32,409 nt of DNA from Candidatus Hydrogenedentota bacterium. GTDB taxonomy: Bacteria > Hydrogenedentota > Hydrogenedentia > Hydrogenedentales > SLHB01. The number at the start of each line of letters is the position of its first letter. Position 1 is the first letter of the stretch. Location: contig JARKSN010000062.1 in the NCBI GenBank assembly GCA_029974275.1, forward strand, positions 1-32,409. The letters are read 5' to 3'. Below the pieces are notes generated by a model. It ran no database searches and was not told the origin of the DNA. It saw only the letters and a list, made by a program, of their open reading frames with translations. Made by a program: the position numbers and the translations under genes. Below, in pieces: positions 17,436 to 26,256 of the stretch.

Positions 17436-18773
17436 TCACGCGACGCGCCCCACCCCATACAACCGGACGGCGTTGTGATGCAGCATATCCGCCGCCACAA
17501 CCGACGCCTCGGACGGACAAAGCCCCAAGGCATATCCCTCCTGCGCGAGCACGTCCCCAAGAATCCGCCGAACCATGCAACATGCCCCCGCCGCCATCTC
17601 CACGGACGTCGCATCATGCCCAACCGAAAGCTTGTGCAAGGGCACGTACCCCAGCCATTCGCAAAGCGCCCTCCGAAAAAACTCGGGGTTCAAAATAACC
17701 TGCCAACAGTGATCAAGAAACACATTCGCATACCGCCGGGCAAGCCAACCAGCCTGCTCAAGATAAGGCCAAGCATGCAGCAATACCAGCTTCATGCCAG
17801 GATACCGCACAGCAACCGCCTCAAGAGGAGCAGGATTCGAATGCGGGAGATTATGCGTGCCCACATGACATTGGTGGGGCCACCCCCACGCCTCGGTCCG
17901 CCGAAAACACTCGTGCATCACCCAATCCTGCCAGCGCCGCACCTCCTCCTGCGTCCGCGGACCAGACCACTTCACGTCCGCCTCCGCCGTCTCCGAAAAA
18001 TCAAGCGGCCGCCAATACGCCTGCGCCTGCTTTGTGCCCAAACACCCATGACGCCGCGCGACATCAAAGACCCGGTCCAAAAAAGCGCGCCAACTCTCCG
18101 CATCGACCGGTTCGATGCCCGTCAAAGCGACCAGATCGCGACCGCGCGGATAATCCTCGCGCCACATCTCCATAAACGCGTCCACCCGCATCAACGTATG
18201 GATAACGCCTTTTTCCAGAACGGCGTCCGCGGACCGAAATTCCGCCCAATACATCTCCGGCCACACCGGACGGATCGCCTGCGTCAATCCCATTGTCTCC
18301 ATGACAGACGCATGCCAGGAAAACATCTGGCGATAATTCTCGCGAACGCGCGCATCCAACTGCACCCATGCCGCTGTATCCGCCGTGAAAATGTCAACGC
18401 CGTACAACGCCTCGATTCCCCTTTGAACGGACTGCGCCGTCCCCGTCAAACGCAAAGCGCGCAAAGCAGGCGCCAAAGCCTCGCACGCCCTGGCCGGATC
18501 CGCCACCGCCCACGCAAAACAATCCGCATGCCCGCCAAGACGCGCAGCCCGATGCGGATCAAACCCGGCATCCGCAATGGCGCCACCCAAATACGGATCA
18601 AGAATCAAGTCCACAACGCTCACATCGCGCCACGGCGCAGCGCCCCACTCCGCATCCGCCCGGAACCCATCATGATGAAGGCCAACCGCCATAATGCTCC
18701 CCCAATGTTCATGGGAGCAAAAACTCGGAATCAAGGAATCTCCCGCCGTTGCCATGCCTTCCCTTCCGGCCAT
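17436..18773 (-). CDS. amidohydrolase superfamily protein (Amidohydro_2-like TIM barrel)
   Basis: SHEH metal motif near the N-terminus, K...AYWR.L, P.Q.H.G, LVLLH, YANVFLD..W, K...G.D, NA.RLY; start at 18773 or 18755. Confidence 0.8.
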   Translation of the reverse strand: MAGREGMATAGDSLIPSFCSHEHWGSIMAVGLHHDGFRADAEWGAAPWRDVSVVDLILDPYLGGAIADAGFDPHRAARLGGHADCFAWAVADPARACEALAPALRALRLTGTAQSVQRGIEALYGVDIFTADTAAWVQLDARVRENYRQMFSWHASVMETMGLTQAIRPVWPEMYWAEFRSADAVLEKGVIHTLMRVDAFMEMWREDYPRGRDLVALTGIEPVDAESWRAFLDRVFDVARRHGCLGTKQAQAYWRPLDFSETAEADVKWSGPRTQEEVRRWQDWVMHECFRRTEAWGWPHQCHVGTHNLPHSNPAPLEAVAVRYPGMKLVLLHAWPYLEQAGWLARRYANVFLDHCWQVILNPEFFRRALCEWLGYVPLHKLSVGHDATSVEMAAGACCMVRRILGDVLAQEGYALGLCPSEASVVAADMLHHNAVRLYGVGRVA

Positions 18774-19025
18774 TCCTCAAGGCCCTGTTCGCCAAAACAA
18801 CCCTTGCCGTCACGCCCGCAGAAATCCCAGTATACCAGACCCCCTTCGCTTCGGATTCGTCTCACAAACTCGTTTCGTTTCCCTTGAAACGCGCAGGGCG
18901 GGACTGTCATGATGCTATGTCGATCGTCTGAGGCGTTTTATGCTGCGCATGGCGGATCGCCGACCGCTGATCTCTGGAAGACGGCGCGGGGCATCCGGCA
19001 TCCAAAGCGAAGTATCGCATACGGC

Positions 19026-22000
19026 ATGCACGCGCAACACGAAGGAACAGAGAACCAGGAAACGGGACATCCCCTCCCCGACGAGGAGGAACGTGTCCTC
19101 GGAGCCCAAAGCGGCGGCGGTCAAGACCTCAACGCCGAAGACGCCCTCCGCCTAAGCGAAGCGCGCTACCGAGAACTCTTCGAAAACATCGGAAGCGGCG
19201 TTGCCGTCTACGACGTCGTCGGCGACGCCGAAGACTTCATCTTCAAAGACCTCAACCGATCCGGCGAAAAAATCGAGCTCGAACCCCGCGAAGCTCTTAT
19301 TGGACAAAGCGTGTTCGAAGCCCGGCCCGGCATCGAAAAATTAGGGCTGGCCGAAGTATTCCGGCGCGTCTGGCGCACCGGCCGCGCAGAACACCTTCCT
19401 ATCTCCCTGTACACCGACGACCGGAGGTCCGCCTGGTACGAAAATTTCGTATACAAACTGCCCACCGGCGAAATCGTGGCCGTGTTCAACGACGTAACCG
19501 ACCGCAAAATGGCCGAAAACGCCTTGCGCCACAGCGAACGATTCAATCGCCAACTGTTTGAAAAATCCCCCGCCGCCCTGGCCCTAAGCCGCCCCGACGG
19601 CGTCATCGTCGACTGCAACGAGGCCTACGCCGCCCTGCTCGGACGCTCCCCCAACGAATTGCGCGGCCTTCATTTCAGCGCCATAACGCCGCCCGAATAC
19701 CACAAACAAGACGCCGAAGCCTATCTGCGCCTCCTGCAAACAGGACAATCCTCCCCCTACGAAAAAGAATGCATCCGCGGCGACGGAACCCGCATCCACG
19801 TCCGCCTCTGGAGCGCCCTCGTCGAAGAAGAAGGCGGCGACACCTTCGTCCTCCGAAGTCTCGAAGACATCACCGAACGCGTTCAAACGCGCATCCGGCT
19901 GCGCGAACGCATGGACCGAATCCAACGTCAACAAGCCGCCGTCATCCGGCTCTCCACCGAACCGGCCATTTTCTCTGGCCAGTTGCAACAAGCCGCCCAC
20001 ATCATCCTCGATGTCGCCGGCGAAACGTTGGACGTCTCCCGCGCAGGCTTATGGCTCTACGGACCCGACCGCAAACAACTGCAATGCATCACATGCGTCA
20101 ACGCGGAAGGAGACCCGTTGGACAACCTCCTATCGCTCAATATCGATCTCTTCCCCGCCTACCGCGACGCCCTCGAACACAATCCCGTGCTGGCGGTCTC
20201 CAATACAGATCACGATCCCCAAACCGCCGAACTGCGCGACCCCTACCTCGCCCCCCGCGGCATCGTCGCCCTACTGAGCGCCCCCATCCGGGTCAGCGGC
20301 AACGTGGCAGGCATCCTGCAATTCGAACACACAGAAACAAGCCGATCCTGGCACGACGACGAAATCCTCTTCGCCGCGACCGCCGCCGAGCAAGTCGCCC
20401 TAACCCTGATGCACAAAGCGCGCACCCAAGCCGAAACCGCCCTCCGCGACAGCGAAGCCCGCAACAGGGCCCTGCTAAATGCCATTCCAGACACGATATT
20501 CATCGCGACCCAAAACGGCATTCTCTTGGACTGTCACGCGCCGGACCCCCATCCGTTTTCCTGCCCTCCCGCAGAAACCATCGGCAAAAACTGCCATGAC
20601 GTCTTTCCACGGGAACTCGCGGACGGCATCGCCGACCGCATAGAGATCGCCTGCCAACAAGGCCACATGCAACTCTTCGAATACGCCGCCCGACTCCACG
20701 GCCAACCACGCGAATTCGAAGCCCGCTTCGTGCCATGCGGCCACGACCGCGCTCTCGGCATCGTGCGCGACATCACCGAACGCAAACAGGCCCAGGCGAC
20801 GCTCCACGAATACCAAGCGCGGCTCCAAGCCCTGCTAGACCACTCCCGCGCCGCCATCTACATCAAAGACCTAGACCGGCGCTTCCTGATCGTCAACCAA
20901 GCCTTTGCCGCACTCGTCGGACTGCCCCCCGAATCCATCGTGAACTACAAAGACGAAGACATCTTCAACCTCGACGACGCCGCCACATTGCGCGAAAACG
21001 ACCAGAAAGTCCTGGACGACGGAACAGCCCTCGAAACCGAGGAGACCGTTTGCCTGCCCGACGGCCCCCGCACCTTCATGAGCATGAAATTCCCCTTGCG
21101 CGACCAAGCAGGACGCGTCTACGCCCTCGGGGGCATCAGCACCGACATCACCGCCCGCAAACAAGCCGAGGAAGAACACAAACGCCTCGAGGCCAAGGTG
21201 CAACAAGCCCAAAAACTCGAAAGCCTCGGCATCCTGGCCGGAGGCGTCGCACACGACTTCAACAACCTCCTCACCGGCATCCTCGGCAACGCCGACCTGG
21301 CGCTCTACGCCATCCCGGCCCACCTGCCCGAACGCGCCCATCTCGAAGAAATCATCGCCGCCGCGCGCCAAGCCGCCGCCCTATGCCAGCAGATGCTCGC
21401 ATACAGCGGCAAAGGGAAAACCCGAGAGGAAGCCGTCAACCTCAACGAAATCACCCAGGAAATGCTGCGCCTGCTCGAAGCATCCATCTCCAAAAAAGCG
21501 CGCCTTCACTGCCAGTTCGAAGCAGACTTGCCCCTGACCCTGGGAGATCCCGCCCAACTCCGCCAAGTCATCATGAATCTCATCACCAATGCCTCCGAAG
21601 CCCTCGAAGACCAGGAAGGCGACATTTTCCTCACGACAGGCGCCATGCGCCTCGACCCCGAAAACGCCAGCGAATTCCTCCTCGCGGAATCCATATTCCC
21701 GGGAGAATTCGTCTACATAGACGTCGCCGATACAGGATGCGGCATGAGCGAACAAACCATCGCCCGCGTGTTCGACCCCTTTTTCACCACCAAATTCACC
21801 GGCCGCGGCCTGGGACTCGCCGCCGCCTTGGGCATCGTCCACAGCCACCACGGCGCCATCCGCGTCAAAGGAGCCCCCGGACAAGGATCCGCCTTCCGCC
21901 TTGCCCTTCCCGCCGTCGCCCACCCCGCAACATCCCTGTCCTCCAACCGCTTTGCCTGGCCAGCCCGGCGCGGCAACGGCGCCATTCTGGTCGTGGACGA

Positions 22001-22340
22001 CGAAGACATGGTCCGCGAAGTTGCCCGAAAAATATTGGAGCGCGAAGGATTCAACGCCGTCACCGCCCGGGACGGAAAAGAAGCCGTCGCCCTCTTTCGC
22101 GAACGCCCCGACGCCTTCGATCTCGTCGTGCTCGACATGGCCATGCCCCACATGAACGGCGAGGAGACCCTGATCGAACTCCAACGCATTCGGCCAGACG
22201 TCCGCGTCCTGCTCTCCAGCGGCTACGACGAATCCCGCGTCGCCGGACGCCTCTCCCAGAACGGAGTCATGGGGTTCCTGCAAAAACCCTACAAAGTGGC
22301 GTTCTTCCTCGAAACCATCTACCGGGCGCTCGGACGATAA
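19026..22340 (+). CDS. cytoplasmic hybrid sensor histidine kinase (PAS-PAS-GAF-PAS-PAS-HisKA-HATPase-REC)
   Basis: Four PAS/PAC ends (DVTDRK, DITER, DITERK, DITARK), GAF domain (LSAPIRVSG..G, RSW.DDE), H-box AHDFNNLL, N-box NLITNA, DTGCGM, FDPFFTTK, GRGLGL, REC VDDE..LD..KPY; start uncertain (18909 or 19026). Confidence 0.95.
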   Translation: MHAQHEGTENQETGHPLPDEEERVLGAQSGGGQDLNAEDALRLSEARYRELFENIGSGVAVYDVVGDAEDFIFKDLNRSGEKIELEPREALIGQSVFEARPGIEKLGLAEVFRRVWRTGRAEHLPISLYTDDRRSAWYENFVYKLPTGEIVAVFNDVTDRKMAENALRHSERFNRQLFEKSPAALALSRPDGVIVDCNEAYAALLGRSPNELRGLHFSAITPPEYHKQDAEAYLRLLQTGQSSPYEKECIRGDGTRIHVRLWSALVEEEGGDTFVLRSLEDITERVQTRIRLRERMDRIQRQQAAVIRLSTEPAIFSGQLQQAAHIILDVAGETLDVSRAGLWLYGPDRKQLQCITCVNAEGDPLDNLLSLNIDLFPAYRDALEHNPVLAVSNTDHDPQTAELRDPYLAPRGIVALLSAPIRVSGNVAGILQFEHTETSRSWHDDEILFAATAAEQVALTLMHKARTQAETALRDSEARNRALLNAIPDTIFIATQNGILLDCHAPDPHPFSCPPAETIGKNCHDVFPRELADGIADRIEIACQQGHMQLFEYAARLHGQPREFEARFVPCGHDRALGIVRDITERKQAQATLHEYQARLQALLDHSRAAIYIKDLDRRFLIVNQAFAALVGLPPESIVNYKDEDIFNLDDAATLRENDQKVLDDGTALETEETVCLPDGPRTFMSMKFPLRDQAGRVYALGGISTDITARKQAEEEHKRLEAKVQQAQKLESLGILAGGVAHDFNNLLTGILGNADLALYAIPAHLPERAHLEEIIAAARQAAALCQQMLAYSGKGKTREEAVNLNEITQEMLRLLEASISKKARLHCQFEADLPLTLGDPAQLRQVIMNLITNASEALEDQEGDIFLTTGAMRLDPENASEFLLAESIFPGEFVYIDVADTGCGMSEQTIARVFDPFFTTKFTGRGLGLAAALGIVHSHHGAIRVKGAPGQGSAFRLALPAVAHPATSLSSNRFAWPARRGNGAILVVDDEDMVREVARKILEREGFNAVTARDGKEAVALFRERPDAFDLVVLDMAMPHMNGEETLIELQRIRPDVRVLLSSGYDESRVAGRLSQNGVMGFLQKPYKVAFFLETIYRALGR

Positions 22341-22346
22341 CGGACG

Positions 22347-23654
22347 CTATAGGTTATACCCCGCCTCATTATGCTGGGTGAGATCAAGCCCCTCGACCTC
22401 TTCCTGAGCGCTGACGCGCAGACCGATCGTCAAATCGATCGCCTTCAGGATGAGATACGACACCACGCCGCTCCACGCCAGCGTGACGCCCACGCCGATG
22501 CACTGCGCCATGAATTGCCCGGCAATGCTCACGTCTTCATGACCGCCCATGCTCTTCGCGGCAAACACGCCGGTTAGCAAGGCCCCAATGGTGCCGCCCA
22601 CGCCATGAACGCCAAACGCATCCAGCGAATCGTCATACCCCAGCGCCCGCTTCATGCTGGTCGCCGCATAAAAACACACAACGCCCGCCACAAACCCAAT
22701 CGCCAGCGCACCCATGGGGCCAATATACCCCGAAGCAGGCGTCACCGTGGCAAGCCCCGCCACGGCGCCCGTCACAAACCCCAACACGCTGGGCTTGCCA
22801 TACCGCTTCCATTCAACGAACATCCAGGTCAACGCCGCCATCGACGCCGCAAGCTGCGTGGCCAACATGGCCATGCCCGCGCGATCATTCGCGCCGCACG
22901 CGCTGCCCGCGTTGAACCCAAACCAACCCACCCACAACATGCCCGCGCCAACCACCGCCAACGTCAAGCTATGAGGAGGCATCGGGGTATCGGGATACCC
23001 CTGCCGCTTGCCCAACATGACAGCCGATACAAGCGCCGCAATCCCCGCGCTCAGATGAACGACAATGCCCCCCGCATAATCCAACGTCCCCAAATCCGCC
23101 AAAAACGCCCCCGGACCGCCCCACACCATATGCGCCACCGGCGCATACACAAGAAGCGACCACGCCCCCATGAACCACAACATCGCCGAAAACCGCATGC
23201 GCTCGGCAAACGCGCCAATGATCAGACCCGGCGTGATAATCGCAAACGTAAGCTGGAAGCAAGCATACACCGCCTCGGGAATGCTCCCCGCATTCGGATG
23301 AACGCTCCCCCACGTCACGCCGCGCAAAAATGCCCGCGACGCCCCCCCGACAAACGCCGCAAGACCCCATTCGCCCGGCGCCATGCCGTCCGTACTAAAA
23401 CTCATCGAATACCCAATCACCGCCCACAACACAGTGACCAGACACGTGATCACAAAACACTGCATCAGCACGGACAACACGTTCTTGGCGCGCACAAGAC
23501 CGCCGTAAAACAACGCCAAACCCGGTATCGTCATGAACAACACCAACGCCACCGACGTCAACATCCAGGCCGTATCGCCCGAGTCAACCCCCGAAGCCTC
23601 CTGCGCCCACGCCGCCAACGGCCACGCCGCCAACGCCGCAACGCCCCGCCGCAT
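22347..23654 (-). CDS. amtB: ammonium transporter
   Basis: GDTAW, PGLALFYGGLVR.KN, FQLTFA, AER, DYAGG.VVH, LWVGWFGFNAGS, DDSLDAFGVHG; both pore His residues present; start uncertain (23654 or 23687). Confidence 0.97.
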   Translation of the reverse strand: MRRGVAALAAWPLAAWAQEASGVDSGDTAWMLTSVALVLFMTIPGLALFYGGLVRAKNVLSVLMQCFVITCLVTVLWAVIGYSMSFSTDGMAPGEWGLAAFVGGASRAFLRGVTWGSVHPNAGSIPEAVYACFQLTFAIITPGLIIGAFAERMRFSAMLWFMGAWSLLVYAPVAHMVWGGPGAFLADLGTLDYAGGIVVHLSAGIAALVSAVMLGKRQGYPDTPMPPHSLTLAVVGAGMLWVGWFGFNAGSACGANDRAGMAMLATQLAASMAALTWMFVEWKRYGKPSVLGFVTGAVAGLATVTPASGYIGPMGALAIGFVAGVVCFYAATSMKRALGYDDSLDAFGVHGVGGTIGALLTGVFAAKSMGGHEDVSIAGQFMAQCIGVGVTLAWSGVVSYLILKAIDLTIGLRVSAQEEVEGLDLTQHNEAGYNL

Positions 23655-23839
23655 CCAACGATTCCCGCGCGCCACATTTCCGCCCACGCCCAACCCCCTT
23701 CCTTGCGGCGCCGTCCGGCCCGCCACATTGCCGCCACACGCCTCTTCCCCAGCGCTCCCTCACGCGGGAACCCTGGAGAATCCGCCACGCCTGCCAAACC
23801 TCCATCGCGCCACAAGGCGCACGTCCACACCGCCGGAAA

Positions 23840-23855
23840 AGCAAGAAACAGGCCA
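23840..23855 (-). promoter_or_regulatory. sigma54 (-24/-12) promoter upstream of amtB
   Basis: Minus strand TGGCCTGTTTCTTGCT: GG and GC separated by exactly 10 nt, matching TGGCAC-N5-TTGCW. Confidence 0.7.
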
Positions 23856-24171
23856 TGCCGCACATTCTCGAACGGACGCCCCCGGGATCCCCGCATCCCC
23901 TGCCGCCTTCGACCAAACTAGAGCCGTGTAGCTTTTTATGCCTACGATCAACCTTGTAAAAGCATATTCGCCAACGTTTCGTGAACGTACATGGCGCAGG
24001 CATAATTGGCGAAAGTGCTCTAGGCAACATCAAAATCGGCCCCCGTTGTGAAGAGAAAGACTCCTCGTCCATCACGGCGGCCGCAAAAGATTCCCTACAA
24101 TACGGTATGTCAGTGCGACGGATTTCTACGTTTTTGTACGGAAACGCTTGGCGCGCGATTTCGCGCACCCC

Positions 24172-24208
24172 AAAAAAAAACGTGCCCGTGGGTTTCCCCA
24201 CGGGCACG
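24172..24208 (-). terminator. intrinsic terminator of the outer-membrane protein gene
   Basis: 12-bp perfect stem CGTGCCCGTGGG/CCCACGGGCACG, GAAA tetraloop and U9 tract on the minus strand, 30 nt after the stop. Confidence 0.92.
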
Positions 24209-24237
24209 CAAATCGCCGATATCGACGTTACCCTCGG

Positions 24238-25827
24238 TTAGAAGGCAAGCTTCGTCTCGACATAGACATAGTCAGCGTCATCGTCGCCGGTGCCGCCGCT
24301 AAAGGCAAGACCGTTGTTCGTCACATAAGCGCCATCGGTCAGGCCCTTGCCCGAGAACAAGTGCGAATAACCCACCTTGAAGGACAGGTCTTCGCTGTAC
24401 TTGTACTTCGCGCTCAGGTCAACTTCCCATCCCAGGTCCTTGTCGTTTTCGCTGGTCGCGAAGCTCAAGAACGGCAGGATCGGCACGCGATAACGGCCAA
24501 GCTTCACATGGAGCGGAGCGTCAAACGCTTCGATCGCCTGGAAATACGTGGCCATCAACGCAACTTCGACGGTCTCCATCGGCTTCATGCTGACGCCGCC
24601 CTTGGCCAACCAAACGTTGCTCAGCGCACCATCCGCATCGAAGAACGGGCTGTACTGCCAGTTCGAGAACAGACGGTTGAAGCTCACGCTCGCGCTCGGC
24701 TTGTAGAACGGATTCAGCCACTGAAAGAAGGTCAGGTCGCGGTTGTCTTCGCCGCCGAAATAGGCGCCGCCCAAGAAAATGCGCGGCTGCACGGCGATGT
24801 CGAAGGTGTACCCGACTTCAAGATTGCCGGCCCACTGGCCGAAATCGGCATCGGCGTCGCCGTACACAAGCGGATTGAACATGAAACCGACTTGACCGGC
24901 ATCGCCCCACTGATACGCAAACTCAGCTTCGAAATCGAACTGGCCCAACGTCCCGGCTCCGCGGAGGCCGACGGTGTACAGATTGGTCACATCGTAGTCG
25001 TCAAGGCCCAGTACGTTCTCGATCCACTCGCCGAACCAAATGAGATTCGTGTCGTTCAAACGGCTGGCGTCACGAAGCCACAGGGCATAACCGTCCAAGC
25101 TGACGTCCTCGATGCCCTTGAAGCTCGCATACAAGCCATACAGGTCGACATCGCCGTCCTGTTCGACCACGCCGTTCTCGGCCAACTTCGCCATGAACGC
25201 ATCAACGCTGAACACGTCCACGCCGTAGCTCAGGCGCACGCCGTCGAAGGAAAGACCGGTCGGGTTGACGCCGCCTTCGTTCGTGCCGACAAGCCAACCG
25301 CTGCCCAGGGAAATCTCCTGGCGACCGATTTTGGCGCTCAGGGGAATGCCCCACATGTTCTTGGCTTCAATATACGCCTGGTACAGAACCACGTTGTCGC
25401 CGAGACGGTTGTCCGCGCCGGTGACGTAATCGGAGCGGAAATTGTCGCCCCAATTGTTGTACGCATCGAGTTCGATGAACGCGCTGACGTCATTCGTGAA
25501 ATCCGCCTTCACGTTCAAGCGCGTGCGCTGCGAAACATACTTGGCGTCGTTGCTGTTGTCTTGATCCCACGCAAAATCGCTGAAAATGCCAGCGTTGCCG
25601 CCGGACCAACTACCCAGCGGGCGCTTGGCAAGGCCGAGTGCCGACCAACGCAGGTAATTCGCGAACGGAACCGGAGAAAGCGAGGTCGGGTCAACCGGAA
25701 CATTCATCATCCAATTGCCGCGAATGGTGATTTCACCGCCGACCTGGACGGTCTGCAGTTCGGCGAACGCCGGCATGGCCAACGTCGCGCAAACCGCTAC
25801 AAGCGTGATAAACATGGTTAAACGCAT
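24238..25827 (-). CDS. outer-membrane beta-barrel protein, alginate export (AlgE-like) family
   Basis: Signal peptide from ATG 25827 (…AMPAFA|E) after GAAGGGA; QRTRL.V.ADF, LYQAYI, KIGRQE..LG...LVG, FDG, DLGWEVDL..KY.Y; C-terminal Y.ETKLAF BAM signal. Confidence 0.88.
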   Translation of the reverse strand: MRLTMFITLVAVCATLAMPAFAELQTVQVGGEITIRGNWMMNVPVDPTSLSPVPFANYLRWSALGLAKRPLGSWSGGNAGIFSDFAWDQDNSNDAKYVSQRTRLNVKADFTNDVSAFIELDAYNNWGDNFRSDYVTGADNRLGDNVVLYQAYIEAKNMWGIPLSAKIGRQEISLGSGWLVGTNEGGVNPTGLSFDGVRLSYGVDVFSVDAFMAKLAENGVVEQDGDVDLYGLYASFKGIEDVSLDGYALWLRDASRLNDTNLIWFGEWIENVLGLDDYDVTNLYTVGLRGAGTLGQFDFEAEFAYQWGDAGQVGFMFNPLVYGDADADFGQWAGNLEVGYTFDIAVQPRIFLGGAYFGGEDNRDLTFFQWLNPFYKPSASVSFNRLFSNWQYSPFFDADGALSNVWLAKGGVSMKPMETVEVALMATYFQAIEAFDAPLHVKLGRYRVPILPFLSFATSENDKDLGWEVDLSAKYKYSEDLSFKVGYSHLFSGKGLTDGAYVTNNGLAFSGGTGDDDADYVYVETKLAF

Positions 25828-26169
25828 GTGCGTATCCCTTCTTGTTGCTGTTACATTTCGTTCTGGGGGGCGAAGCGCGACGCCTGCCGCCGCTCCTGCC
25901 GCCTCGGGGCGCACTTTATATCGCTCTTCCTGTGCGCCGCCCTGAGACATCATCCCCGTGTTATCCAACACATCGTGATTGCTGTGGCCCGCGGAGGTAA
26001 TTACCTCTGGCTTGTTGCATCCCTCCTTCCGCCTCCGGAGTAATGGCCACAAACGATGCTATTGTCGCTACATCCCAACGTCACTCAATAACGAAGAAAA
26101 CCATCTTGCTATTCCGCCCCCGACTGTCACCCTGAAGCAAATAGCGATTTTCTCCCTAACACAGGAGAA

Positions 26170-26199
26170 AACATACCACGCCCCACCTCCCTTTGTCAA
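26170..26199 (-). promoter_or_regulatory. putative sigma70 promoter of the porin gene
   Basis: TTGACA-N18-TATGTT with extended -10 TG; overlaps an inverted repeat TTTTCTCC..GGAGAAAA. Confidence 0.45.
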
Positions 26200-26256
26200 G
26201 CCATATTTTGCAAAAGGCACACAACCGAGAAATATTGTCAAGCGAATACCGATATT

